DNA of 63,531 nucleotides, filler included, from Reticulomyxa filosa (lineage: Eukaryota > Protista > Foraminifera): NCBI GenBank assembly GCA_000512085.1. It is 16 parts of 16 records of this genome, joined end to end, with 100 filler letters (N's around TTAATTAATTAA, not from the genome) between each part and the next. Parts side by side here need not be neighbours in the genome. Positions count along the whole stretch, not along the records: positions 46,106 to 53,609 come from ASPP01008776.1; positions 53,710 to 56,873 come from ASPP01024554.1; positions 56,974 to 59,697 come from ASPP01012956.1; positions 59,798 to 61,011 come from ASPP01025323.1; 12 more parts are not named here. One strand, given 5' to 3'. Made by a program: the position numbers and the translations under genes. The stretch's first letter is position 1; each line of letters starts with the position of its first letter. Positions 49,547 through 61,111 of this stretch are shown here, one piece after another. The notes under the pieces were generated by a model that ran no database searches, was not told the DNA's origin, and saw only the letters and a program-made list of their open reading frames with translations.

Positions 49547-51608
49547 ATGAAGGAAAAAGTATTTTGGTGTAATATTTTGGTGATTGTGGTTTCATTTGTT
49601 TTGCAATATGCTTGGTTTTACCATCATGTTTCGCCATGGGAGCTTGTAACTTGGCCGTTTTCTGGACAAACGAACGCAACGTGGTTGTGGACGGATACGA
49701 CAAGGGACGACCAAGAAAGCGAGCAAAATGTGGAACAAGGGAGCTTAAACATAAGACAAAGCGGTGAAAGCACAGAGATATCCGAAGCAGAAGCAAAGAG
49801 CAACAATATCGGAACGACAGCAACAGGTATGTCAATCGACAATATTGTCGGCGACGTGTACGCACAAATTCAGGCATCATTGGAGATGTTTTTGCAGCAA
49901 AGGCCGGAATTGGTAAGAAATAAAGAGTTCAACGACCGACATTTTTGGCATGTGGTCTTTAACATACTTGCATTGCATCCCACGCAGTACTTTCGCGATC
50001 ACATCTGGCAACAAAGACCGTTACTATTGCGACTGCAAACCATCCATCGAGACGTGATGTCTTTCATTGGCCGCCAGCAAAGTGCGAATAGCCGTGAGTG
50101 GACCCTGTTGAACACGGACCTCGTGTTGGAGACAATGGAGACCAATGACTTTTATGAGAACCCTTACATGCTGTTTGTGGACGGCAAGCTGAAAACCCCA
50201 GTGCTTACCTCGCCACAGTACCGACAACAAAAACAACAGCGAAGATTTGACCGACAAAGTCTGGCAAAGAAACTGAAGCTGTCCACTTTAGTCGTCAACA
50301 ACGCCGGTATCATCCTTCACAACATTTCCTTTTGCGAAAGCATTCTCATGCGAGCATTTCGCATACCCGTCAACACCAACGTTTACGTCAGCAAAGCCAG
50401 AGATCATCCGTCCGTCACTAAACTGAGCAGCAGCGTACATAACGACAGGCAAGACATTTTCATTTTGCAAGCACAAGTGTGTATGTGTGTATGTGTATGT
50501 GTGTGTTATTTATTTCTATGTGTTATATATGTATACGTATATAACATATATACGTATACATATATAACATATATAATATATATATATATATATGTATATG
50601 CAACCAAGGGCAACAAACGCTGGCAAGTCTGGTCCTCTCCGATCATACAGCCCCGATTTGAACAGATTCGTGGGAAAGATAACGACGTGGTGACGATGAA
50701 CGAGTTGGCAAATCAAACATTGTATTATGACGAAATATTGCAACCATTTGATGTGTTGTACATTCCTCGTGGCTTTTACATCAGGTCACGACCTTGTCTC
50801 CGTCGCCACACGCCAATGCCGAAGATACCTCCATTCACTTGTCGCTTGGCCTGGAATTGGACACTCTGGGCTTCACCATTGAATCCTTTTTGTTTTGTAG
50901 TTTTGGCCTTGCTGTCTCCGATAAAAATTCAAAGGTTATATCTTTTTTTAAAAGATGGACAAAAAAAATGGACAAATCAAATGAATGGTAAAAAAAAAAA
51001 AAAATAAATAAATAAAAAAAAAAAAAAAGGAAGGACCTGATTTGGATGAACGGGTCGGACAGCAATCCACGCTGACGTATTTGAGTGGCTATTTGTGGCG
51101 TTGGTCGTTTGATCAGGCCGAGTTGCGACGAACATTTCCCATTGGGTTTGTAGACTATCACACCAAATTGTGGACCAAAGTTCAAAATGCACACTCTTCC
51201 TCTCCCAATGCGGCAAACAGTGCAGCGGATAACGCTGATACAAAGGATCAAGACACTGACGAAACAGCAATGAAAGAGAAAGCTTTCTTCAATGAAATGC
51301 TTCGATTGATAGAGGAATTTCGAGCTGTCGTGGACAAAGCAAAGAAAAAGACTGAAGAAGAGAAACTTCTTTTATATGTCCCAAATGTAAATGAAGAACA
51401 CCTCAAAAAAGCTTATCATATTTTTCAAAAGGGTTTGATTGATATCATCCAAGTTTTTGCCTCGCGAGGTCAGTTTGTTGACAATTTGGAATACAAAGAC
51501 CCCATTGACAGAAACGAAAAATTTGATGATCAAATGTTTGAAAAAATTATGAATATTTTTGTCACTTGTGGAGTACCGATCAGTGTTGTCAATGATGGCA
51601 AACAATAG
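49547..51608 (+). CDS. JmjC/cupin_4 (NO66/RIOX-like) 2-oxoglutarate oxygenase with an N-terminal signal anchor; introns 50477-50608 and ~50988-51033; frameshift near 50775
   Basis: YFRDHIWQQRPLL, VNTNVYVS, HNDRQDIFILQAQ-GNKRWQVW (HxD), LQPFDVLYIPRGF.HQ and SIHLSLG. Confidence 0.87.
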
Positions 51609-52739
51609 AGTTAAGATTTTCTTTCACGCAAATAATATAAGTGCAATTCTTTTCTCAATATGTCAAGTTATGACTATTAACAATAAGACTTCCCTCACCG
51701 TGCTACTTGGCATAAACGCTGTTTAAAATAACACTTATTTCAATGTTTACAAACACTATACATTGCGCCATTCAAAACTAATAAAAATTAGCTTATCAAA
51801 AAATGTAACATTATAAAATTTTTTAATTTTAATATTGAAGATTTTTGTAAAAATGAAAGATTTATTTCAATTTAGTACATAGAATTTGAACAACTTTTTA
51901 AGCCTTACACATTATATCTTTCACAATTTTTGTATCAAGTTTTTTCATTTGCTGCAATTGTTCCAGGCCTGGAGTAAAACTGTGGATATTGACTGTCTGA
52001 AATTTAAACTTTTCTATTAATTCCAAGGTTTTGTCAAAACATTCATTAGTCTCAGTCGGAAAGCCACATATTATGTATGTTTCAATGTGTATCCTATGTA
52101 GATAATCATGAAATTACATCATTGTACTTTGACAAAATACTGGACTTTTGAAAAATTAGTTACAATTTACAGAAATGCTACATGAAGGTTGGGTTAAAGA
52201 AATTTGGAGGTGTCTTTGATGCTGGCCCCTAGGCTCTCTACTATGAACTCCAGCAAAAATCATATAATTGAGAAGAGCTAATGCTATACTAGTTAATAGG
52301 ACATCAACTAGAAAGTCATAAAATTCCACCAGGAATTCGATAGACGTCCTTTGATATGTTTCTTTAAGAAACATATCGTAGACCGTCCGCACTATATCTC
52401 TTATAGAAACATATCGCGGGACGTACAAAAATATTTGAAATTTGGATACCAGAATCCATGTTAAGTGCATAGTCTGATTTAACGCTATTGCGTGGTCCAA
52501 ATATTTTAATGAACATCGTTTTCTGTCATGTCATCCTTACTTAGCAAAGTCGCAAACTAAGTGGACCGTTTTGAATACAATATAGTTGAATTGTCAAAAT
52601 TTTCATTGCTTACTAGATGATATGTTTTAATAATAATAGTTGTCTTGATATAAGTGGAAAATCATAAATGATGAAAAAAAAATTAAATGAAATAAAAGTT
52701 ACAACATCAATTACGTTTTTTTTTAAAAAATTCATATTT

Positions 52740-53609
52740 AAAAGACCAGCAGCAAAAAAAGGGGTCAAGACAGGTTCTTTCCGATATTGTCAATGTAATA
52801 TCCTCAATCGTGTTTGAACATGCAGTTTATTGGATAATTGTTTGATTTTGCAAATGGTGACAATGCTGGCATCAGGTTTGGACAAAGGGGGGATCTACAT
52901 TGCACCAGGCCATTGCCCGTGGCTTTGGGATAGCAAAATCTTTGTGTTTGCGTTTGAACATGTCAATGGCAATATTGTCCCAATCGGTGACAAAGAGCGA
53001 ATGGGTATCAATTTGTAAGGCATAGTCTTCGACAGCATAAAACTGTTCTGCGCGATACCGTCCATACATTGAACCTTTGGCATGTTCATAGGATATGCAA
53101 TCAATTTTGATTTGCCAAGATCGTCCGCACAATGGATGCAACGGATCATCTGGCAACATGTCGCAATCGAGGATTTTGTCAAAGTCCATGCAATCATATC
53201 CGAGTAGTTGTGTTGCTGAAAAATGCCTACGCGAATTCGATCTGGATACTTGGCTTGTTCGAACATATTTATTAATATATTCTTGCATTGGTCGTTTCGA
53301 TAACTACATAACACTACAGATGTTGTCTCTTTGTCCCTCCAATCTTTGTATACTTTTATCATTCGTGCTTTTTCGTGGTATATCATTTGCACTTTTTCCA
53401 TATCGAAAGTGTAACGGTATATCCCCTTCGTTTTGTTACTTGTAATTAACGTCTTTTCTTTTTGCAAATCCTCTTGTCTTTCTTTTGATATTTTCAGTTT
53501 CTTCCATAAGTATCTTTGCGGCAATGCCAAATTGTGATTTTTACGCTCTTGCCTATGTCTGCTACTACTACTCCCAGCCAGACTTTCCACTTGCATTGCT
53601 ATATCTTGT
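52740..53609 (-). pseudogene. GT60 / Gnt1-like polypeptide GlcNAc transferase, frameshifted and decayed at the 3' end
   Basis: VVLCSYRNDQC, FEQAKYPDRIRVGIFQQ, AKGSMYGRY, EDYALQIDTHSLFVTDWD and PFFAAGL; contains a frameshift and stops. Confidence 0.82.
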
Positions 53610-53709
53610 NNNNNNNNNNNNNNNNNNNNNNNNNNNNNNNNNNNNNNNNNNNNTTAATTAATTAANNNNNNNNNNNNNNNNNNNNNNNNNNNNNNNNNNN
53701 NNNNNNNNN

Positions 53710-54349
53710 AATGCAAATTTGGATGAATTGCGAGTGAATCTGGTCCCTTTCCCGAGATTGCATTTCATGACTACAGGCATGAGTCCAATTGTATCGAAAA
53801 TGGATATAAGTGCAACCCCTAATGATGTGCAAACCATCACGGATGAATGCTTCAAGCCCACCAATTGGTTGCTCCATTATGACTCTTTTGACCCTGCCGA
53901 AGATCAATACATGTCCATTGTGCTCAACTATCGTGGAAATGTCTCTGGCAAAGAGGTGAATACTGCTGTCCAATTGCTGAAAAAAGATCACAAAATAAGC
54001 TTGGTGGAATGGTGTCCGACTGGTCTCAAAGTTGGATTGAATGATGTGCCTGCTGCCATTTTGGAACAGGATGACATTGCTGCTTTTAGCAAAAATGCTG
54101 TCATGATTGCCAACAACACTGCCATTTCTCGCTTGTTCTACGAACGCATTTCAAAAAAATATGATATCATGTTTGATCAACGTGCATTTCTTCATTGGTA
54201 CTTTGGAGAAGGAATGAGTGGGGGGGGAATTCCCTGAGGCCCGTGAGGACTTGAGATTTTTAGAAAAAGACTATTTTGATGTTTTGTGCGATTGGCTAAC
54301 AGATGATCCTGATGATGCTTATGCTAATGATGATGATAACTATTATTAA
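53710..54349 (+). CDS. Divergent alpha-tubulin, C-terminal half; extra G in the G-run at 54220-54227
   Basis: NLVPFPRLHF, YRGNV, VEWCPTGLKVGLN, MIANNTAI and RAFLHWYFGEGM; the shifted frame continues GEFPEAREDLRFLEKDY...DDDNYY*. Confidence 0.93.
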
Positions 54350-55479
54350 CTTTGCTAATAACATAACTCATTTTTATGTTTTTTTTTGTAATACACCAAA
54401 AAAATCGACAAGTTTAATTTTATCAAAATAAAACAAAATATCGATTTGAGCGGGTTTAGTGATATTTTTTTGTTTTTTTTTAGTATTAACTACATTTTTG
54501 CATTTCAAAACACAAGTCATATTATTTCAATTTTCTTATGTTTACATCGTTTCTTCATTTTATAAGGTCTTTATTTTGGAAAAGTAACTTTAGTGAAATT
54601 TGTAATTAATTACAATCGACAGCAAAAAAAAAAATCATCCAAAATGAATTCATATAATCATTTATAAGTTTAGATCAGCTTGTGACAGTCATAACACAAA
54701 CGAAACAAATTCTGCACGGTTGGTCAAAATAAAAATACATCTTGTAGTTTTTTATTTACAGAAAAAACCTTAAACGGCACAGTTAGTATTGAAAAAAATC
54801 TTTTTAAATTTATCACGCGTTCTGCATAATTCAAAAATTTCTCTACAAGTGTAGTTTAGCTTTTTTTTGAAAAATCACCGAACAAAAAAAAAGTGTTACC
54901 CCTTTTTGATTGTAGAAAAAAGCTAATGCACGATTCTCCATTCTCAAAAGAAAAGAAGTTTGAATACTATTATGCATATTGTTATGGCTATCATTGGGGA
55001 GGTTGGAAGCTTTACGAAAAAAACGGGCCGATGTGTCGCAAATCAGCAGCTGTGTTGAATAGTTTGTCATTCCATCTTTGAAATTTAAAGATTTTTTAAA
55101 AAGTTGTGTTTAACTTGACTAAAATGGATAATTACATTCCAACAAAAGCGTTTGACTTTAAGAAAGAGAAAGATTAAACATAAAATAATTGTGATTGTAT
55201 TGTTCTTTGTTGTGTATAAAACCTTCATTATTATTTCATATAAATTACTTATTAAATGAAGTACAACATAAGTAGTAATTTAAAAAAAGTTATCTTAAAA
55301 GACTGAATATAAATGAAGAAATTGATTGTTTCATCTTGTAAGAATATATGATTTAATAAAGGATAATTGATTATTAGTTTAAACCATTTGGAAACATAGA
55401 ACGAATCAAATATTTCATTTGATTTGTTAAGTATTTTTATTTTTTATTTTATCATACTTAATCTTTTCATTACAATCAA

Positions 55480-55830
55480 TTACACAGCGTCAGGATGACT
55501 ATATCCTAATTCATCCAACAATATATTCAGTGACTGCTCAAAATATTTACTGCTTTCTCTATTCTCCCAACTTGTTATATAAACAAGTGACATCAAGGTG
55601 ATCAAGTCTCACTTTATCCAATCTAATTTTTCATGCTATTCAATTGCTTCATTAATCTTCGAAGTATTTAATAAATTGATTCCCAATTACATCAATTCCT
55701 TTGTATTAGTATTGAAATGACAACAAATAACATTTGTCAGTGAGGATAAATTTTTTTAGTCCTCAAACTATCAAAACTTTTAACTAATTGTATCTTCAGC
55801 AAATTGTGTTACTGACTTCAAAACATAGAG
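55480..55830 (-). pseudogene. Degenerate TPR-repeat gene remnant
   Basis: Fragments INEAIE*HEK, DHLDVTCLYNKLG and YFEQSLNILLDELGYSHPDA. Confidence 0.65.
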
Positions 55831-56140
55831 TCAACCTTGCGCTTGTCTTGATCTAAGTGTATAAACACTTTTTCTCTATCATCACCTCTAAAGATCTTTT
55901 GTTATAATATAATTATGCATTTGTGGAATACTCTCGATAAAATTATTGAATATTTTGTCGTTGTTATGTTTCGAAAAGATTTGACTGATCTAGTTTTTTT
56001 GCTCAATTGTACAATTTTTTTGTTTCATTAGTTAAATAGAAAATGTTAATGTAAAATATTTTTTATTTTCTTAAAAAGGGTCATTTCACAGCCCTTTTTT
56101 TTTAAAAATAAACTTAAAAATCTTCCTAAACGTTAACAAT

Positions 56141-56873
56141 ATGGGCAATCGAACTACAACACAAAACTCTCCTGAAAGAGAAACTAAACTAACTAAGCAA
56201 ATTCAACAGCTTAATACCCACTTTCAAACTTTGAAGGAGTTGCCAATTCCACTTAAAGAATCTCAATGCATACTACACAAATATGAAATCCTCATTTGTG
56301 GAGGCTATAAACAAAGAGCTTGTTATTCTTATCATATACTCAAAAACGAATACAAATTTATCTGTGAGTATCCAAGTCATGTTGAATTAGATGGACACTG
56401 TGTAGTGAAACTGGTAGATAACAATAACAACAACAAACACAGAAATCAAATCACTTTGTTTTCTGTTGGGTCTGATCAGTATGGAAAAAATAAACATACA
56501 TTGGTGATGAAATATGTAAGTGTTTGGAGTGATGACAACAATAATGATGAAAATAAAAATGAAGTAAATAAATCAAAGGAATTAAATGAATCAAATCAAT
56601 TAAACAAATCAAACAATTACAATCAATGGGTTCGTTTAAGAAACAAGTACAATCGTCCCATTATAATTGGAAATGGTAATTCTAATTATATTGGAATGCG
56701 TGCAGTGATTGGTGGAATAAACAATCATTTGTTATTTATCACTTATCAATATAATAATATTAGTGTGCTTGATTTAAATACATTTCAAATTATTAAAAAT
56801 GATACTTTACCAATTAATAATTTAATAAAGTATCATTGCTTTGTATCAAATTCAGAAAATGGACAAGTACAAG
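56141..56873 (+). CDS. Kelch-like beta-propeller protein of a lineage-expanded family, 5' part
   Basis: LKELPIPL...EILICGGY...CYSYH...GHCVV and RAVIGGINNHLLFITY. Confidence 0.8.
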
Positions 56874-56973
56874 NNNNNNNNNNNNNNNNNNNNNNNNNNN
56901 NNNNNNNNNNNNNNNNNTTAATTAATTAANNNNNNNNNNNNNNNNNNNNNNNNNNNNNNNNNNNNNNNNNNNN

Positions 56974-58995
56974 AAAGATAGGCAGTGAGGTGTTGATGAA
57001 TGAAGGTGAAGGGGCACTAAGCCAACGGTTCACTGCCGAAAAAAAGTCGCCACGCGATTTTGCACTGTGGAAGGCGTCGAAAGGGGGAGAACCCGCTTGG
57101 GACTCGCCATGGGGTAAAGGTCGTCCCGGCTGGCACATTGAGTGCTCTGCCATGGCCGCACATGTGCTGGGAGACACTTTGGATATTCACACCGGCGGAC
57201 AAGACTTGAAGTTCCCTCATCACGATAATGAAATGGCACAATCGTGCGCATTCTTCTCCAATCCCAAAGAAAAAAAATTTCATCAACAATGGGTTAATTA
57301 CTGGTTGCATTGTAAGTTGTTTTTATATATACGTATATACATTTCAATCCGATATTAATAAGACATTCAAATGTCTCACGATAACAAACAAAAAAAAAAA
57401 GCTGGCCATTTACATATCCACGGCCTGAAAATGTCCAAGTCGTTGAAAAACTTTGTGACGATTCGCGAGGCCTTGGAAATGAGTACTGCTCGGCAGATCC
57501 GCTTACTGTTTGTGCTGCAGTCATGGCACGGGTCGATGGACTACAGCGATGGGTGCATCGACGAGGCCAAGCAAAAAGAGCACGAATTGACGGAGTTCTT
57601 TTTGCTTGTCAACGCTTTGAATCGACAATTCAACGCTCCGAATGTTCTCGCCGCCACTAATTACAGTTTGCTTTATCTATCTTCTCTTTCATGTGTCATG
57701 GACCTTCATAATGTATACATACGTATACACTATACATATACAGATACATGTATATATGTCAACACATGTATACGTATATATAATAGCACCCAATGACGCA
57801 GACAATGCGTTTAACCAAAAGATAATGTCACGCCAAATTGAAGTGGACGAGGCACTGCGTGATAACTTTGACTACCCCAGAGCGATGAAATCGCTGATGG
57901 AGCTGATGGGCGACTGCCATGCCTATTTGAAGAAAGTGAGTCGTCCACACGTTTTGCTGTTGAACAAAGTTGCCGAATATATCAACGAAATGCTAAAGAT
58001 ATTTGGCATCACACGCAAACATGACAGCCACTTTTTGGGAAATGAGCAGGCTGCCAAAGAGGCTTTTTTGAGACCTGTTTTGGACGTCGTTACTCAATAT
58101 CGACACGAGGTAATTTTTTTTTTTTTTTTTTCAATTTATTTGCGCAATATTTAACTTTTTTTTAAAATTTTTAAAAATTAAAAAAAAAAAAAAAAATAGA
58201 TTGTGAGCTTGTTCCGAAAGAAAGCTGACCCATCAAAGTATGAACAAGTGGTAAAAAATTTTAATCAGACCATTGTCCAACTCGATGTAGAAGAAAAAGA
58301 ACATAGCACTGGGCCTTATCATGAAACGTACAAAGAATTGAAACAAGTCTTGTTCAATTTCCATAAACGGATACAAAAGCTTCATGCCGAAAATTTGACA
58401 TCTCAAGTTGTTCAAGCAACAGACGCGCTTCGTGATGAAATACTGCCACACGTGGGAGTGAAGTTGGAAGACACTGAAAAACATTTGGGCGGAAGTGTGT
58501 GGAAATTGTATGACCGCACTTACTTGCTAAACTATATGAAAGAGGCCAACGAACAACAACGTGTCACTGAGGTCAAAAACAAAATCGAACAAGACACAAA
58601 GGATTTGGACGCGTGGCTCAGAAAAGCTCAATCTCCAAAAGACTTGTTCTCTTCTGAGGAATACACAAAAAAGTATTCACGTTTTGATGAACATGGCTTC
58701 CCCACTCATGATATTAACAATCAAGAGCTCTCCAAAAGCCAAATCAAAAAATTGCGCAAAGTTTTGCACTTTTTCCTCGTTTTTTACATTCATGTGCCCA
58801 ATACTTTAAAAAAAGTATTTATTTGATTTATGTTATATTTACATATACACATATATAACGTAGGCGTGGAGTGATCAAGAAACAGCTCACAAAAAGTACT
58901 TGGAAAAAACAGCTCAAAATCCCAACTTTCTCGATGAATTGAAGTCAGAGCTAGAAAAAAAACAAAATCAATTGAAGGCACTTCTCTCTCGTTAA
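56974..58995 (+). CDS. CARS: Cytosolic cysteinyl-tRNA synthetase, 3' part; introns 57312-57401, 57666-57786, 58110-58199, 58761-58863
   Basis: [43 protein letters not shown] and KMSKSLKNF; all four splices keep the frame. Confidence 0.96.
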
Positions 58996-60122
58996 TTTTT
59001 TTTTTTTTTTTTGAGGGGGAAATATTTCTTTCGTCTCTTGCATTAATCTAATATATTTCATTCTGACAATGTTCATTATAAATCAGCGTTTAACAATCAA
59101 AAGCCAATAACAATTAATTTAATTACATTTGGTTTTGGATTGTTCGTTTTTAAGTAAATTTTTTAGAACTTGGTTTTTTCGACCAAAATAAGGTAACAAG
59201 GTCATGGTGGATTATTGTATGTTTTTCTTTGTCAATTATTTCCTTAAAATTTTCTTCCCTTCATTGGCTGGCGCACAATTTTGTATCATCTGGCCAATTC
59301 GACAGATACAATCAATGAGACAAGTTGAAACTGTGTTTTTTTGTTGGCACAATTGTCACCTAATTTAATAGTCTGGAATGTCGATAAATTGATAATTGAA
59401 TGACACACTGCAACAACCACTCTTTTTTAAAAAATAGTACAGCAATGGAAAAATGCAATCAACTATCCACCAGCATAGATTGACAGACATTTGTGTCGAT
59501 AAATGACATAAATAAGTTTGAAACACAAACAACTCGTAACAATATTTTTTGCTTTTACATTGTAGTCTGGATTTACTTTGATTGTGCTCAGCAATGAAGA
59601 GTATTTTATTGAATGAAGGAAAGTGTAATAATGTATATGTACACAACAACAACAAAAAAGGCATAATAATATTGATGTGGTAGAAAGTAATTGATTTNNN
59701 NNNNNNNNNNNNNNNNNNNNNNNNNNNNNNNNNNNNNNNNNTTAATTAATTAANNNNNNNNNNNNNNNNNNNNNNNNNNNNNNNNNNNNNNNNNNNNTTC
59801 ACAAACCAAAAGTTCCTGTTTGTAGAGCACGCATTGAGATTGGGAAAGTGGAGTGGGTAATTCTTTCAAGATTTGAAAGAGAGATGAAGTAGTCATTGTT
59901 TGAGTAGCTGAACTTTTTAAAAAAAATGTGAAGACATGACCCTTTTTAACAACCTAACAAGACATTTAGCAACATTTTTTTATAATATACTCAATTCGAA
60001 AACTTGATTTCCTATTTAAATTGTTTAAACTTTTTCATCATAAAAAAATTGATGCACCACACTATGCAATTTGGTTTTGGCACGTAAGTCTTCTTCCGCT
60101 CCTATAACAATATACGTATACA

Positions 60123-60174
60123 TATAATATGCATATGTCTAGTATATAATATGCATATGTCTAGTATATAATAT
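60123..60174. repeat. 22-bp tandem duplication (2.4 copies)
   Basis: tataatatgcatatgtctagta twice, plus tataatat. Confidence 0.85.
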
Positions 60175-61111
60175 TTTTGTATTAAAAAAAAACAAACATT
60201 CAGCAACATTAGCCAAAATATCCAAAATTTGAACAGCAACTATTACATGTTAAGAAGAACAGAAAACTATTGAACAAAAACTAACTCCAAAAAAGGGTTA
60301 AAAGGAAATAAAACCAAAAATCTATCGTTTGGTTTTTATCACTTCAACTTAAACCACTCGTATTGAAATTCTAAGAAATATTGTTGAAATATCAAGTGAA
60401 AGATATTCCTAAAAAAGGAAAATGATTTATTGCAGCCCAAACAATCACATAGTGCACACAAATCTGGAAATAGATTAAAAGTGATAACTTTGTATTGAAA
60501 AGTAATGAAGAACTGATTGCAGCAGTCAGATAGCACGTTATATACATGAATAAATAAAAGGTGATGTAATTCTTGTACTACCTTTATATAGGCAATGATT
60601 GAAAGCAATTTGTTTTCGCGATGAAATTTGTGAATAAAATTATTTAAATGTTTCACACCGCTATTTTACATTTTTTTTCTTTGTACATATGATTATATAT
60701 TTGTTTGACATAAGTTTTTTGTTTTCAAAGCTCATGAGCATCGCAAAATTGTGGTAATCCTTTGATTATTGAAAAATGAAAAAAAAATGTAGTATTTATA
60801 TAAGCAAAAATATTGTTGTAACTTATTCATTCAATGATAAGATATTTGCGTTTCCAGTATCGTTGATAGAAATTAAAAGAAGATAGAATGAAAACACGAA
60901 CATAATGATATAATAAAATGTATTATAAATATACGTTTTTTGTTTATTTTTACTTATAAATTTTTTTAGTTGTTAATAATTTGAGTTGTTATTCAAATGC
61001 TACGTAGTGTANNNNNNNNNNNNNNNNNNNNNNNNNNNNNNNNNNNNNNNNNNNNTTAATTAATTAANNNNNNNNNNNNNNNNNNNNNNNNNNNNNNNNN
61101 NNNNNNNNNNN

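Noticed and set aside
59365-60656. Short ORFs 59365-59664 and 60339-60656
   Set aside because: They are AT-rich with no motifs or splice support.
7189-61111. Recurring TTAATTAATTAA flanked by Ns, as a repeat or CRISPR-like array
   Set aside because: These are artificial six-frame-stop contig linkers. Adjacency across them is meaningless, and ORFs ending in X...LIN are artefacts.
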